The position numbers and the translations under genes are program-made. Shown here one piece after another: positions 11,027-22,060 of a stretch of 64,000 nucleotides of DNA. Below the pieces are notes generated by a model. That model did no database searches. It saw nothing but the letters and a program-made list of their open reading frames with translations, and was not told where the DNA came from. The DNA comes from Schizochytrium sp. TIO01. Taxonomy: Eukaryota > Protista > Bigyra: Labyrinthulomycetes. Positions within the stretch are counted from its first letter, which is position 1. Each line of letters opens with the position of its first letter. Location: NCBI GenBank assembly GCA_004764695.1, contig SMSO01000035.1:1798001-1862000 (forward strand), given 5' to 3'.

Positions 11027-12319
11027 ATGCTGCGCACACTAGGCCTTCGGGCAGTTGCATCTCGCCCAGTTCTTTGGACTCGACCTTCGTTTCTTGGAGC
11101 ACCTCTGGCATCAATTTCGCGATCCTTAGCCACGGAATCAACTCCTTCTGACGTTAACAATGCTCGAGTTGAAGGCGCTGGAAACGCCAACGTCGTAGAG
11201 GCTGCTCGCGAGGCCAAGCTTGCTGCTCGCGAGGCCATGTCGGAGTCTACTTTGGCACTGGCGAAGGGAGTTCTCGCAGGGAATCGTGTGAGCTTGAGCC
11301 GCGCAATTACCCTGATTGAGTCCTGGAAAGAGTCACACGCACTCCAAGCACAATATCTTCTCGAATACGTACTCAAAGCTCGTCAGGAGTCGTCGGCACT
11401 GTCAGGTGCGGGCTCTGAAATTAAGACAAACGAGGAGTTGGAAACCACGACAGAAACCTCGAGCAAGCCTGTAACCTCTTTTCGCGTGGGAATTTGTGGT
11501 ACACCCGGCAGTGGCAAATCTTCTACAATTGAGTGTCTGGGAACGATGCTTGTTCGCGAGAAAGGTTTACGCGTAGCAGTTTTGGCTGTGGATCCGAGTT
11601 CAGCACGTTCTGGAGGATCAATTCTTGGAGATAAAACCCGCATGCCAGAGCTCTCCAAGGAGGAAGCCGCATATGTTCGCCCGTCTCCTACACGAGGATC
11701 CCTAGGAGGCGTGGCGCAGCACACAAACGATGTCATTCTACTCTGTGAGGCTGCAGGGTTCGACACGGTGCTGGTTGAGAGCGTTGGCCTTGGTCAGAGT
11801 GAAGTGCTTATTGACGAGGTTGTGGATATGACTATCCTGTTAGCATCGCCCGCTGGTGGAGACGAGCTGCAGGGTGTTAAGAAGGGCATCATGGAAATTG
11901 CTGACTTAGTCGTGGTCAACAAGGCTGATGGCGATCTGGAGAAGGCCGCCAGACACGCCGCTACGGATTACATGCACGCATTGCAGCTGATGCGACGCAA
12001 GAGGCCTGCATGGAGACCTCGTGTGAAACTTTGTTCGGCAAAGATGAATAAAGGTATCGATGAGATGTGGGAGGTCGCAGAAAAGTTCAAACGGATTATG
12101 ACGGAGTCCGGGGATCTCCTAGCCAAGCGCAAGACCCAGAACCGTTCCTGGATGTGGAATCAGTTCAATGAACAGCTCATGTTCAAAGCCAAACATGACC
12201 TCGATTTGCACAAACACGCTGATGATCTTGCGGTGGAGCTTGGAAAGGGCTTTGGTACTCCGCGTCAAGCCGCTCGCACGCTTGTCGACGAGTTTTTGAA
12301 GAAATATAACAGCGCTTAA
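11027..12319 (+). CDS. MMAA: Methylmalonic aciduria type A / MeaB G-protein chaperone of B12-dependent methylmalonyl-CoA mutase, mitochondrial
   Basis: LSRAITLIES, P-loop GTPGSGKS, VAVLAVDPSSARSGGSILGDKTRM, RPSPTRGSLGGVA, ESVGLGQSE, GDELQGVKKGIMEIAD, NKAD. Arg/Ser-rich N-terminal targeting peptide. Confidence 0.97.
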   Translation: MLRTLGLRAVASRPVLWTRPSFLGAPLASISRSLATESTPSDVNNARVEGAGNANVVEAAREAKLAAREAMSESTLALAKGVLAGNRVSLSRAITLIESWKESHALQAQYLLEYVLKARQESSALSGAGSEIKTNEELETTTETSSKPVTSFRVGICGTPGSGKSSTIECLGTMLVREKGLRVAVLAVDPSSARSGGSILGDKTRMPELSKEEAAYVRPSPTRGSLGGVAQHTNDVILLCEAAGFDTVLVESVGLGQSEVLIDEVVDMTILLASPAGGDELQGVKKGIMEIADLVVVNKADGDLEKAARHAATDYMHALQLMRRKRPAWRPRVKLCSAKMNKGIDEMWEVAEKFKRIMTESGDLLAKRKTQNRSWMWNQFNEQLMFKAKHDLDLHKHADDLAVELGKGFGTPRQAARTLVDEFLKKYNSA

Positions 12320-12719
12320 ATGAACCAAGGAAATTATATACAATAATGAGGGCATTCGCATTCAACAGATAGATACAGTAGCTGTTCCACTTCGCTCAAA
12401 AGGATTCAACAGCATTGCAGGTTCCATTTGTATGTATCTGCTACTCAACGCAAGGTCCTCTTTCACTCTCTATATCCTTATGACTGTTCCTATTTATCAG
12501 ACAAATGAATGAACTCATCTAGACCGCTCTAGAATAGAATTCAAACTTCATCCCCTCATTTTCGAGCTTAGACACATACATAGTACTAGGTACCTAGCTT
12601 CATCGCAACACAAAAAAACTCACGTGTATTACAATTCCTATTTCCCTTCTTCATGAATTTAGATCTTGCTTACCTTAGTCGGAGCTTTGTTCAAGCTTAC
12701 ATATTGCACTTCGGACCAG

Positions 12720-14100
12720 TGAAATTTTCTGTTCGGTTGGTCTTGTTCTATCCTTACGGAATGCCGAGATCTGGCTAGTCGTATTACTTTTCTATCGCAA
12801 GATTGTGTGAAAGCTCGTTCAGTGGAAAATTTGGCTAACCTTGGTTGTGCATGAAAAATAGATAACTATAGAAAATAACGAAGTTGTCCAGCGAAAGACT
12901 ACAGCTAGCACTACAACTTGTAAGGAAGCTGGAATGCTGCACTTGTTCTAATTTTGTAAGTATTCAGGTACTGGCACTCAAAGCTGCAAGCAAGAACCTT
13001 CACAAACATTATCTGAGCCATATAGGCGGACTTTTCTCATTGAATTAAGTTTTTATGAGACAAAATGTGTGTTGAAAGGATTTTCCGGGAAGCTGTAATT
13101 AATGGACAATGATAGTTTCTCAAAGTAACCAACAAAAATCTGACACCATATCCTATATTGGACTGTAATCCTAGACTCTATAGGTAAAAGATAACGTTCA
13201 TGAAGCTAAGGATCCTAATTCTTAATCCTTCCTGTCAGAAATCCTGATTTACACAAGAAACTATGACACAATTTATTTCGTGCTTATCAACTTATGCTTA
13301 CGTGTGAATTGAAGACTCGTCCAGCTAGTTTGAGGTAGAATCTCTCACCCACAGGAATGAGATAAACTCAATTTCTGGCCTTTCCAATTAGTATGAAGAC
13401 GATCTTTTGGCTTACAGTTATGAATATTGAACACTGTGTGTACCAAATTCAACGAGTCAAACAATTCTGAATACTTGGGTACAGAAACATTTGTTTGAAA
13501 TGAAAATCCGCGTCAGCTCTTGCTCAGCATTTGAATTCAAGAGAAGGTCTCAGCGAATAATTCTAGGCACTAGATCATTGCTCGTGATAGCCTGGCTCAT
13601 TGAGTATACTTACGTACATATGCTGCTTCGAAGTGTGTACTGGATACATCGGTTTCACCTCGTAAAATATCTTGCTGTGAGACAATGGAACCCTATATTG
13701 TTGAACACAGTACTTCAAGTATTGCCTATGCATAAGTAAATCAGTATCCCCATAGCACCATCGTGGCGACCTGAATGCTCTCGTTTGGGAGATTGGCTGC
13801 CAAGCGGTGATCATCTCCCACTGCTATCTTTAGATTTCACACACCATTTGGGTTACACACACAAGCTAGCAAGGAGAGTGGTGGAAAAGTATCTCCTAAT
13901 CCCCTTCTATGATAGTGGAGCATAGTGCCAGTGCTACCTCTACGAAGAAGAGCACAGTTTTTGGTATCATTTTCCCCGGCCAATCTTGCAAAGTATCCCT
14001 CTTTGGATTTGGCAGGTCTTAAAGATGCTACCTGAAGAGTAGAATCAAAAGTCAATGTCAAGATTTCATAAACTGCCAATACTACTCTCCATTCAGAGAT
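12720..14100 (+). pseudogene. Possible heavily decayed coding relic, family unknown
   Basis: Complex AT-biased non-repetitive DNA with protein-like fragments (e.g. KITKLSSERLQLALQLVRKLECC) separated mostly by TAA/TAG stops. Identity and even strand uncertain. Confidence 0.2.
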
Positions 14101-15820
14101 ACTTATTTGCACAACGCTGGTAGGTAGGTAAGTACCTCTAGGTGCACTGAAGTAAAATAACATTTACTCAGACTTCCTAGCTATGCTATCCTGATTTTAT
14201 CACCAAGCCTCGAAAGGTATTCGTACCTACTGTCTTTTTCACAATATCAGCATATATACCTAGGTACTACTCCATTAGTATTCGCATAACGAATCTTCCC
14301 AAATTCGAGATGAACCAAAATACGTGCTAAGGATTTTACGAGCGAAACTATTTTCCCAAACATCGAAAAGTAGTTTTGACTTTACGATTCCCATCTTGGA
14401 CTGCAACTTGGTATAGCGAAATCGAGCATATCATCATGAAGTCAACACTGCGGGTATCCGTACTACCTAACATCACTTCAATCTCAAGTTGTCACTTGGC
14501 AAACGCAGTGCAGAAGGTCTCTCCACACACACACATCCTTACACACGCCCCGGCGAGCGAGTGAGCGAGCGAGCGAAGTCCGAGTTGAGCGGGATCGAGC
14601 GTGCGCTAGTACACACACTTTTCTCTTTCCTTCGACTCTAAGTACTTCGCAAGAAACTTCGATAGACCTTATTCATAAAAAACTATCGCTAGGCGTAGTG
14701 CATGATCTATTGAACAGTCCTCGTCAGCGGCTGCTCGATCTTGCGGTCCGCAGAGTCTTTCTCATCATTGGACAAGGAGTTGGCACGTGCAGGACTTTAA
14801 GATCCATCCATATACTTCTACTTTACAATCCAAAAGATAAACGCGGGGAAACGAGGCGGAGGCTAAACTCTATTTATGGGACTATACTTGGCTTTCTAAA
14901 GTATAAACTCTGCAGTTTACCCCACTTATGCAGATGTTTAGCCTACTTTGTCGCGCTATAACCTACAATACGGCGCATGTGCACGTGCGCGGAAGCGGCG
15001 CGCGCCAATCTCACATATACAAGCAAGCAAGCTTGCTTGCTTTAGCTAGGCTGATCCTGCGCAACCGTTCGACCCAGCTGCTACACAGCTCCACCAGGCA
15101 AACTTTGGCGAGTGCCATGGCTGTGGCAGGAGGCAGAGGCCTGATTTAGATGTGATAATGACAGAAATGGTGGGCTCGCGTAGGCGATAAATAAATTTCA
15201 TGATAATCGTTAATCAAATAAATCTCTCAGTCTCTACGAACAGCGGACTCCTATATATATATATGGCTTACTGCTAGGTGTACACTTTTTGCTTGGAATT
15301 TCTTCCCTTTTATTCTTCATGAATTTGTTATCTTTTCCGTGCTACAGCTTCTGCAAGAATCCACATGTTGCTGGTATCTATCCCCCTAGATACAACTATT
15401 GCGAGACATGGCATCGGGCATATTGTAGGTGCAGGGATACTAGATCAACAAACAACTCAATCAATGATTCCAGTTTTACGCCGTATAGATTACATACTAT
15501 GGCTGTGATTCTCTTACGGATTGAGGTATTATGGTAAAACGTAGTAGGACTTTAAGTGGCTTCTTCCATAAAAGAACACAATAAAATGTATTTGGAATGT
15601 GGAAATACAAGACTTTCAAGGAGTGCGCGACATTAGTCTGTGCAAAACTTGGAGCAAGCGAGCAAGCAAACATAAAAATCAACTAAATCCCCTCTTCACG
15701 AGACTTACACAGAGCAAAACCCGATCGACTACAATTGCTGCAGGGTTAGCGATCGCCCTACCTGCTCACGGACTATCCTAGGTTGCACAAGTGGGCAGGC
15801 ACATCGACTGTGGCGGGAAA

Positions 15821-15903
15821 GTAACACACGTGCTGTACTTCTCGTCGCACCGCGAGGCAGAGATATTGTACTGTGAGAACACGTGCCTTACTGACTGTGA
15901 CAG
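15821..15903 (+). other. Candidate 5'-UTR intron of the myosin gene
   Basis: GTAACA donor-like site at 15821, branch-like TACTGAC at 15889-15895, ACAG acceptor ending 15903, about 120 nt before the ATG. Confidence 0.3.
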
Positions 15904-16021
15904 CTTGTATTCATCTTAAAGCTTGCCAACACAAGACCCAGTACTTCGGATTGCTTAGTCCGGAGCACACCTCAATTCTTCTGAAGCTAGCCGAGCATAT
16001 CGTAAACGAACTGCTGCTATA

Positions 16022-19000
16022 ATGCCGCGTTTCGAAAAAAGCTCATATGTTTTTGTACCCAGTGATGAGGACTGTTGGGTTGCAGCTCAAGCGGAAACCG
16101 GTTTTGACCCGGGTAAGCCAGGCATGGTAAAGCTCTTGGAGAGCGGACGCCGCCTTAAGCTTTCTGCAGACGAAACCAAAAATGTAACAGAGATGGATGA
16201 GCAGTCTCTTGATGATGTTCCTGATATGGTGTCCTTGAAGAAACTTGACGAGGCTAGTATCCTTCACAACTTGCGAATCAGGTATGCCCAGGATGAGATT
16301 TACACCAAGATTGGTAGTATCCTTGTAGCTATTAACCCCTTCAAGGTACTCACAATTTACAATCCAGAAGTTGTACAGGACTACATTCACCAAAGCGGTG
16401 AAGACATGGCACCTCACGTCTTTGGCATCGCAGATGCTGCCTACCGAAATCTGGTTAGCTTTGGTAAGGACCAAAGTTGCATCGTCTCTGGTGAGTCAGG
16501 TGCAGGTAAAACAGAGACTACAAAGCTCTTCTTGCAATATCTTGGTGAACGCTCCGGTGGATCTGATCGCTCAGCAAATCTTCGCGAGCAGATCTTGGAG
16601 GCCAACCCTCTCATGGAGGCTTTCGGCAACGCAAAGACAATTCGCAACGACAACTCGTCGCGATTCGGTAAGCTCATTCAGGTTCACTTCAACAACCGCC
16701 GTGGTGAAATTGTCGGTGGATCTATTACGCAGTACCTGTTGGAAAAGTCACGTTTGGTACAACAGGCAGAAAATGAGCGCAACTATCACATCTTTTACCA
16801 GCTCTGCGCAGCTGCAAGCAAAGATCCGGTATTGAGTGACCGCCTCAATCTCCAAAGTGCAGACCAGTACTGGTACTTGAATCAAAGCACTGGTAAATCG
16901 AGTGCACAAGTCCCCACCATTAATGACGACAATGACTGGTCGAACACCATTATTGCTATGGACGTCATGGGTGTATCGGAAGATGAACGAAACGATATTT
17001 GCCAAGTTCTCGCTGGTATTTTGAACCTTGGTAACATTAACTTCTCAGGAACAACTGACCGTAGTGCAGTTGAAAACCACGACGTTCTTGAGCTCGCAGC
17101 ATCTCAGCTTGGTGCTGATCCAGATGCTTTAGAAAAGGCCCTGATCATGCGTAACCGTGGAAATGCACGCGAATCTGTTTATAGTGAGCAAAGTGTTGAT
17201 GATGCTCGCGATTCACGCGATGCATTAGCCAAGGCTACCTACAGCTTTCTGTTCGATTGGCTAATTGAACGCATTAACGAATGTTTGTCGGCTCAGCTTG
17301 ATGGTGGTCGTAATCTGAACCCTGAAGAGCACTCTATGGTTGGCGTACTCGATATCTTCGGCTTTGAGTTCTTTGAGCATAACTCATTTGAGCAGCTATG
17401 TATCAACTACTGCAACGAAAAGCTGCAGGGTCACTTTAACGACTTCATTTTTAAATTGGAGCAAGAAGAATACCGCAGAGAGAATCTTGATGTTTCACAG
17501 GTTGAATTTGTTGACAACGGCGAGGTCTTGGCAACTTTAGAAGATAGACAAAACGGTGTTTTTGCTATTTTAGATGAGGAGAACCGTCTTCCGCGCGGAA
17601 CTGATGAGGGATTTCTCACGAAAACCCTCAAACATACGAACAACTTTCTTGTCGCTCCAAAGGCATCTCGAAAGGATAAAACTGCTGCATTTACCTTTAT
17701 TGTAGTCCATTATGCTGGCAATGTAGCCTACGACTCTCGTGGTTTCCTAGAAAAGAACCGCGATTTGCTTTTGCCAGACTTGGCCACTCTTGGCTCGCAA
17801 TCGTCGTTTCCTTTCATGTCAAATCTCTTCAAGCGCGGTCAGCAGCATGTGTCTCAGGGCAAGCGCCGCGGATCGGTAGAGGCTAACCGAAAGACTATTG
17901 GGGCCCAGTTCAAAGAGCAGCTTGGTACTCTCATGAGCCTTCTTAACTCAACCGAACCGCACTATGTGCGTTGTATCAAACCCAACTCTGAAAAAGTTCC
18001 TGATCGGTTTGATGCGCCTCTTTGCTTTGGGCAGCTTCGTTCTGCTGGTCTCCTGGAGGTTTGCCGTATTCGAAAGATTGGCTACCCGGTTCGCAAAACC
18101 TTTACAGAGTTTGTTCGCCGATATTGGCCTCTTGCCTATGGCCAAGCAAACACTTCCAGCTCTCCAGAAGAGCTTGGGGCGATTCTTGAAGAATCAGGCT
18201 TACTCACTCATGGCGAATGGCAAATTGGAACTACAAAGGTTTTCATGCGCAACGCTCAATTTGACACTATCGAAGCTGCACGCGATGCGTCCGTCGCTTC
18301 AAAGGCGATCATTTTGCAAAAAGTTGCTCGTGGATTTATTGCACGCCGCCGCATGGGACGTGTTAAGAGCTTCCGCAACGATCTTGAAAGCGCTATGGCA
18401 ACTCGCAAGGTTGATAAGATCAAAGAGGTCCTCCTCCGGTCGGGTGTCTTGCCTTTTCAAGGCCGTCACCTCAGTTTCGTGAAGGATGCTCGGGAGCTTG
18501 TTCACAGGCTTGAAGAGGAGCAGCACGTTATTGACATGCTCGAAGAAGCTATTGCTAAAAAGGATCGCAGCGCTCTGGAAACGGCCGTTAGCACGGCAAA
18601 GAATATGGGCATTGGCCGTAAGAGTCTTGTTGCACGTGCAGGAAAGACTCTTGAACTTATTGAAAAGCGTAAAGCAGCTTCCGCGGAACTTGTTGCTGCT
18701 GTTGATTCTCGCGACGCTGCAAAACTTGCTGCGGCTATCAAAAATGCAGAAGCGCTAGAGATGCAAGATACTGCAGAGTACCGCGATGCAGCTACTCTTC
18801 AGTCCCAGGTTGATCAGGAGAGTGCTACACTCAATGATTTGCAGCGTGCTGTCAAAAAGAAAGACATTGATGGCATTAAAGCCATTCTTCCTCGTGTTGC
18901 TGAGCTTGGTTTACAAGGTGACGCGCTGGTAGCGGAAGCTCAATCACTTTCTAAGGCTGAAGCCAAGCGTTCTGCTGCGGCTGAGGCTTCTATGCGTATG

Positions 19001-21403
19001 GTAACGCGTAGTCTAGTAGATGCGATCGACAACCGTGACTTGCCAGCTTTGGAGCAGCTCATCCTTCGTGCAATTGAGCTTGGCATTCGTGGCAGTACAT
19101 TGGAGGAGGCCACACGTATGCGTGCAGAACTCAAGGACTCTGCCGACGTGATGAGTGACATCACCGCTGCCATGAAAGCAATTAACATTCGTGCTCGGTC
19201 ACACGAGGGTCTTGTACCTTCTGATCTCGACCCTCTGTCTGAGGCGATCCACCGTGCTCAGTCTGCTGGCTTTGATGAAGATGAAGATGATGAACTTTTC
19301 GATGCAATTGCTTTCGAAGAACGTATGCATCGTCAAATCGAAGTGCAGCGTCAGATTGATGCTGCGTTGGAAGAAAACTCTGATGCGGCTTTGCGGGAAG
19401 TTGCGCCCTTAATCCAAGAGCTTGGCTTGGAGACAGGTAAGGCCAAGCAGGTTATGGCCGAGGTTCGCGAACGTGGTGCTGCCCGCACTCATAAAGAACG
19501 TGAAGAGGCCAAGGCTACCCGTGAGGTCAACCGCCAGCAGCTTCGCGAGGCAACTGAGGAGGAACGTCTTAAGGATGATCTCATGCGTGTTGTGCAGGCT
19601 GGAAATGACGAGAGCCTTCAGAACCGCCTTGTGGAGGCCACGGATGCGTCTTATTCATTTGAGAAGTTTTATAAGATTCGATCGGACGAGGACTACACTG
19701 AGTATGTAGAGGAAGATAACAAGCAGTATTATGCGAATACCAAACTGTGCGCTCAAGCAAAACCTATACCCAAGAGTATCTTAGATATGGATGACGACCT
19801 CTCTCGCACTGCCGTGGCCAATTTCAAGGCAATTTTGCAATACTCTGGACTGATGTCCAACTCCTTTCCGACTGCCATGGCTGGCTACGTCATGGTTCGG
19901 GGACAAGAAATCCCTGAACTTTCTGACGAGATTTACATTCAACTGATGAAGCAGCTGAACAAGAATAACAAGACCCTCATTCTTGATCGTACATGGGCTC
20001 TCATGTGCATGGTGACCCGCACGTTTCCACCCTCGACTGAATTTGAGCCTTACGTTTTTAACTTTCTGATCTCAAGGCGTGGTGGTCGTGGTCTGGCTGG
20101 CAACTTTGCGCACTTGTGTCTTATTCAGCTTCATGGAACAATCGAAATTGGCCCCTCCCCATTCTTGCCAGACATGGACATCGTAGAGTCGTATTCATCT
20201 CACCCGGCAATTCTTGCTGAGATCCGCCAGGCCGACGGTTCACGCGTGCATATCCCTGTGACTCCAAACCAAGACATTGGCTACGTGCTTGAGATTTGCA
20301 ATCAAAATGCAAAAATTCCCAGTGACGAACAGGGTCTCTATGCCATTTTTGTGATTGACGGTAACCAGCGTTCAGATCTCAGTTACCGCGAGCGCCTCAT
20401 TCGTTTCTATAGGAAATACAATCGGGCTAAACTCCCTTACGTGGATTACTTCTTATCAAATTGGCAAGGTACTGAGGAGGCCATGTTTGCTACCTTGGAA
20501 AAGAAGTATGGCCCGGAGCCTAGTCCGGATGAGCTGCTTTTGAGTGATGATGCTACCGGTGGCAAGTCCGAGGAATCATCTCACTCCTTATTGCGTTTAC
20601 CAGTGACTGCGGCGCGCTCTGCTGCTAAGCTTTTGGGGCTATCCAATGACAACACCCAGACTCCGCCACCCTCTCAGGCTTGGCCATTGCCATGGTGGGC
20701 TAGTCCTGGTGATGTGTACAGTCGTATGGCGGCTCAGGATCGCGCGCCTGTGTTCTCGCACAAGCGTCTCATTATTTCCAAGGATGAGCCTTACAATGAG
20801 AGGTTATTCCCTCAAGTTAATGAAGCAATTCGTGAAGGTGATTTACCTCTTTCTTCTCCTGAAACGATGGCTGAGTTCGCTCTGATTGACTTGACGATTC
20901 AAAATGGCGGCAAGAAGGTCACCAGAATCAAGGGTCGATCCTTGCAAGATGCCGTAATGGAAGTTATCCCCTCTTCTCTAGCCAAGACCCTCCCGGCAAC
21001 GGAGTGGGAGGCCCTGATGATTGAGGCACAAGATCGCTTAAACCTTCCTCGCACAATTCAGAAATTGCAGTCTGCATATTACGCAAAAGCTCAGCTGCTC
21101 GAGACTTTCGGTATGACAACTTTTACTTGCCAGAGGTATCAGACAGAGAAGTCAATGAAGCTCGGAATTAACCTGTTTGGCTTGCATAGGCTTGATGATG
21201 AGGGCGAGCATATTCTGGAAACCATTCCATTTTCTGAAGTGCACAAATTTGGGGCGTCGGGCTCCTTTTTCTGGCTCCTGATCAAGAATGGAAAGTCGAA
21301 CGAGACACGCTACTTTCGCAGTCTCACACCCTGGAGTCTGTACTCCTCTGTCTACACGGTGACCCACTACGCTGCTGAAAAGTATAACGCTAGCCTGAAG
21401 TGA
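16022..21403 (+). CDS. Unconventional myosin heavy chain: motor, one IQ, helical repeats, MyTH4 and FERM-like tail
   Basis: GESGAGKT P-loop, EAFGNAKTIRNDNSSRFGK, LLEKSR, DIFGFE, PHYVRCIKPN. IQ-like ILQKVARGFIARRR. MyTH4 motifs FKAILQYSG, ELSDEIYIQLMKQL, TFPPS. C-terminal FERM-C-like LETFGMTTF...LGINLFGL. Confidence 0.97.
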   Translation: MPRFEKSSYVFVPSDEDCWVAAQAETGFDPGKPGMVKLLESGRRLKLSADETKNVTEMDEQSLDDVPDMVSLKKLDEASILHNLRIRYAQDEIYTKIGSILVAINPFKVLTIYNPEVVQDYIHQSGEDMAPHVFGIADAAYRNLVSFGKDQSCIVSGESGAGKTETTKLFLQYLGERSGGSDRSANLREQILEANPLMEAFGNAKTIRNDNSSRFGKLIQVHFNNRRGEIVGGSITQYLLEKSRLVQQAENERNYHIFYQLCAAASKDPVLSDRLNLQSADQYWYLNQSTGKSSAQVPTINDDNDWSNTIIAMDVMGVSEDERNDICQVLAGILNLGNINFSGTTDRSAVENHDVLELAASQLGADPDALEKALIMRNRGNARESVYSEQSVDDARDSRDALAKATYSFLFDWLIERINECLSAQLDGGRNLNPEEHSMVGVLDIFGFEFFEHNSFEQLCINYCNEKLQGHFNDFIFKLEQEEYRRENLDVSQVEFVDNGEVLATLEDRQNGVFAILDEENRLPRGTDEGFLTKTLKHTNNFLVAPKASRKDKTAAFTFIVVHYAGNVAYDSRGFLEKNRDLLLPDLATLGSQSSFPFMSNLFKRGQQHVSQGKRRGSVEANRKTIGAQFKEQLGTLMSLLNSTEPHYVRCIKPNSEKVPDRFDAPLCFGQLRSAGLLEVCRIRKIGYPVRKTFTEFVRRYWPLAYGQANTSSSPEELGAILEESGLLTHGEWQIGTTKVFMRNAQFDTIEAARDASVASKAIILQKVARGFIARRRMGRVKSFRNDLESAMATRKVDKIKEVLLRSGVLPFQGRHLSFVKDARELVHRLEEEQHVIDMLEEAIAKKDRSALETAVSTAKNMGIGRKSLVARAGKTLELIEKRKAASAELVAAVDSRDAAKLAAAIKNAEALEMQDTAEYRDAATLQSQVDQESATLNDLQRAVKKKDIDGIKAILPRVAELGLQGDALVAEAQSLSKAEAKRSAAAEASMRMVTRSLVDAIDNRDLPALEQLILRAIELGIRGSTLEEATRMRAELKDSADVMSDITAAMKAINIRARSHEGLVPSDLDPLSEAIHRAQSAGFDEDEDDELFDAIAFEERMHRQIEVQRQIDAALEENSDAALREVAPLIQELGLETGKAKQVMAEVRERGAARTHKEREEAKATREVNRQQLREATEEERLKDDLMRVVQAGNDESLQNRLVEATDASYSFEKFYKIRSDEDYTEYVEEDNKQYYANTKLCAQAKPIPKSILDMDDDLSRTAVANFKAILQYSGLMSNSFPTAMAGYVMVRGQEIPELSDEIYIQLMKQLNKNNKTLILDRTWALMCMVTRTFPPSTEFEPYVFNFLISRRGGRGLAGNFAHLCLIQLHGTIEIGPSPFLPDMDIVESYSSHPAILAEIRQADGSRVHIPVTPNQDIGYVLEICNQNAKIPSDEQGLYAIFVIDGNQRSDLSYRERLIRFYRKYNRAKLPYVDYFLSNWQGTEEAMFATLEKKYGPEPSPDELLLSDDATGGKSEESSHSLLRLPVTAARSAAKLLGLSNDNTQTPPPSQAWPLPWWASPGDVYSRMAAQDRAPVFSHKRLIISKDEPYNERLFPQVNEAIREGDLPLSSPETMAEFALIDLTIQNGGKKVTRIKGRSLQDAVMEVIPSSLAKTLPATEWEALMIEAQDRLNLPRTIQKLQSAYYAKAQLLETFGMTTFTCQRYQTEKSMKLGINLFGLHRLDDEGEHILETIPFSEVHKFGASGSFFWLLIKNGKSNETRYFRSLTPWSLYSSVYTVTHYAAEKYNASLK

Positions 21404-22060
21404 TGCAGAAAAGCGTGGTTACCGCACACTCACATTCAGTGTTTTGCTTCTTCGCAAGAAGTCACATTAGTTATCACTGATGTTACAATAAAGAAGAACC
21501 AGAAACACTTGCACAAATATGTTTCTGCTCCATTGTCCCGTCTAAACACATGTGTTCCGTTTGTCGGGTTCTTTAGATTGGCAGCTTAGACAAGTCAATT
21601 GTTCACTTATAAAACAAACAAATATTCCTGATGTTGTGTCTTTCTTAAATGCCTTTCTTAAACAAAATAATTCGTCTTTATTGGGTGCATCTTGTTGCGT
21701 CCTTAGGCCTCGCTGTTTGTAAACCTAGCATTTATTTTCTCTTTAACGTCCTTACAGGATTGCATTCTACTCTCACAATGACAGTTTTTTTTAACCGTTC
21801 TCAAATAATTTGTTACGCGTTATCAGCAATCGCTCATATAATCCCTGCAATCTATGGTTCTAATGTTTGATATTTTCAGACTGCCTTCGTTCCATTTCTT
21901 CGTAAACTGTACTTTCCCAAAGGAATCCCTCCGGTGACTTCAAATAGTAGCTTTGTAAAAAAGAAATGTGAAAAAGAAGTGATCAATTTTCCATTTTATT
22001 TTCTTAATAATAATAAAATTCTCTAACAGTTTCAACAATGCAAATCTTCATTCTTGCACC

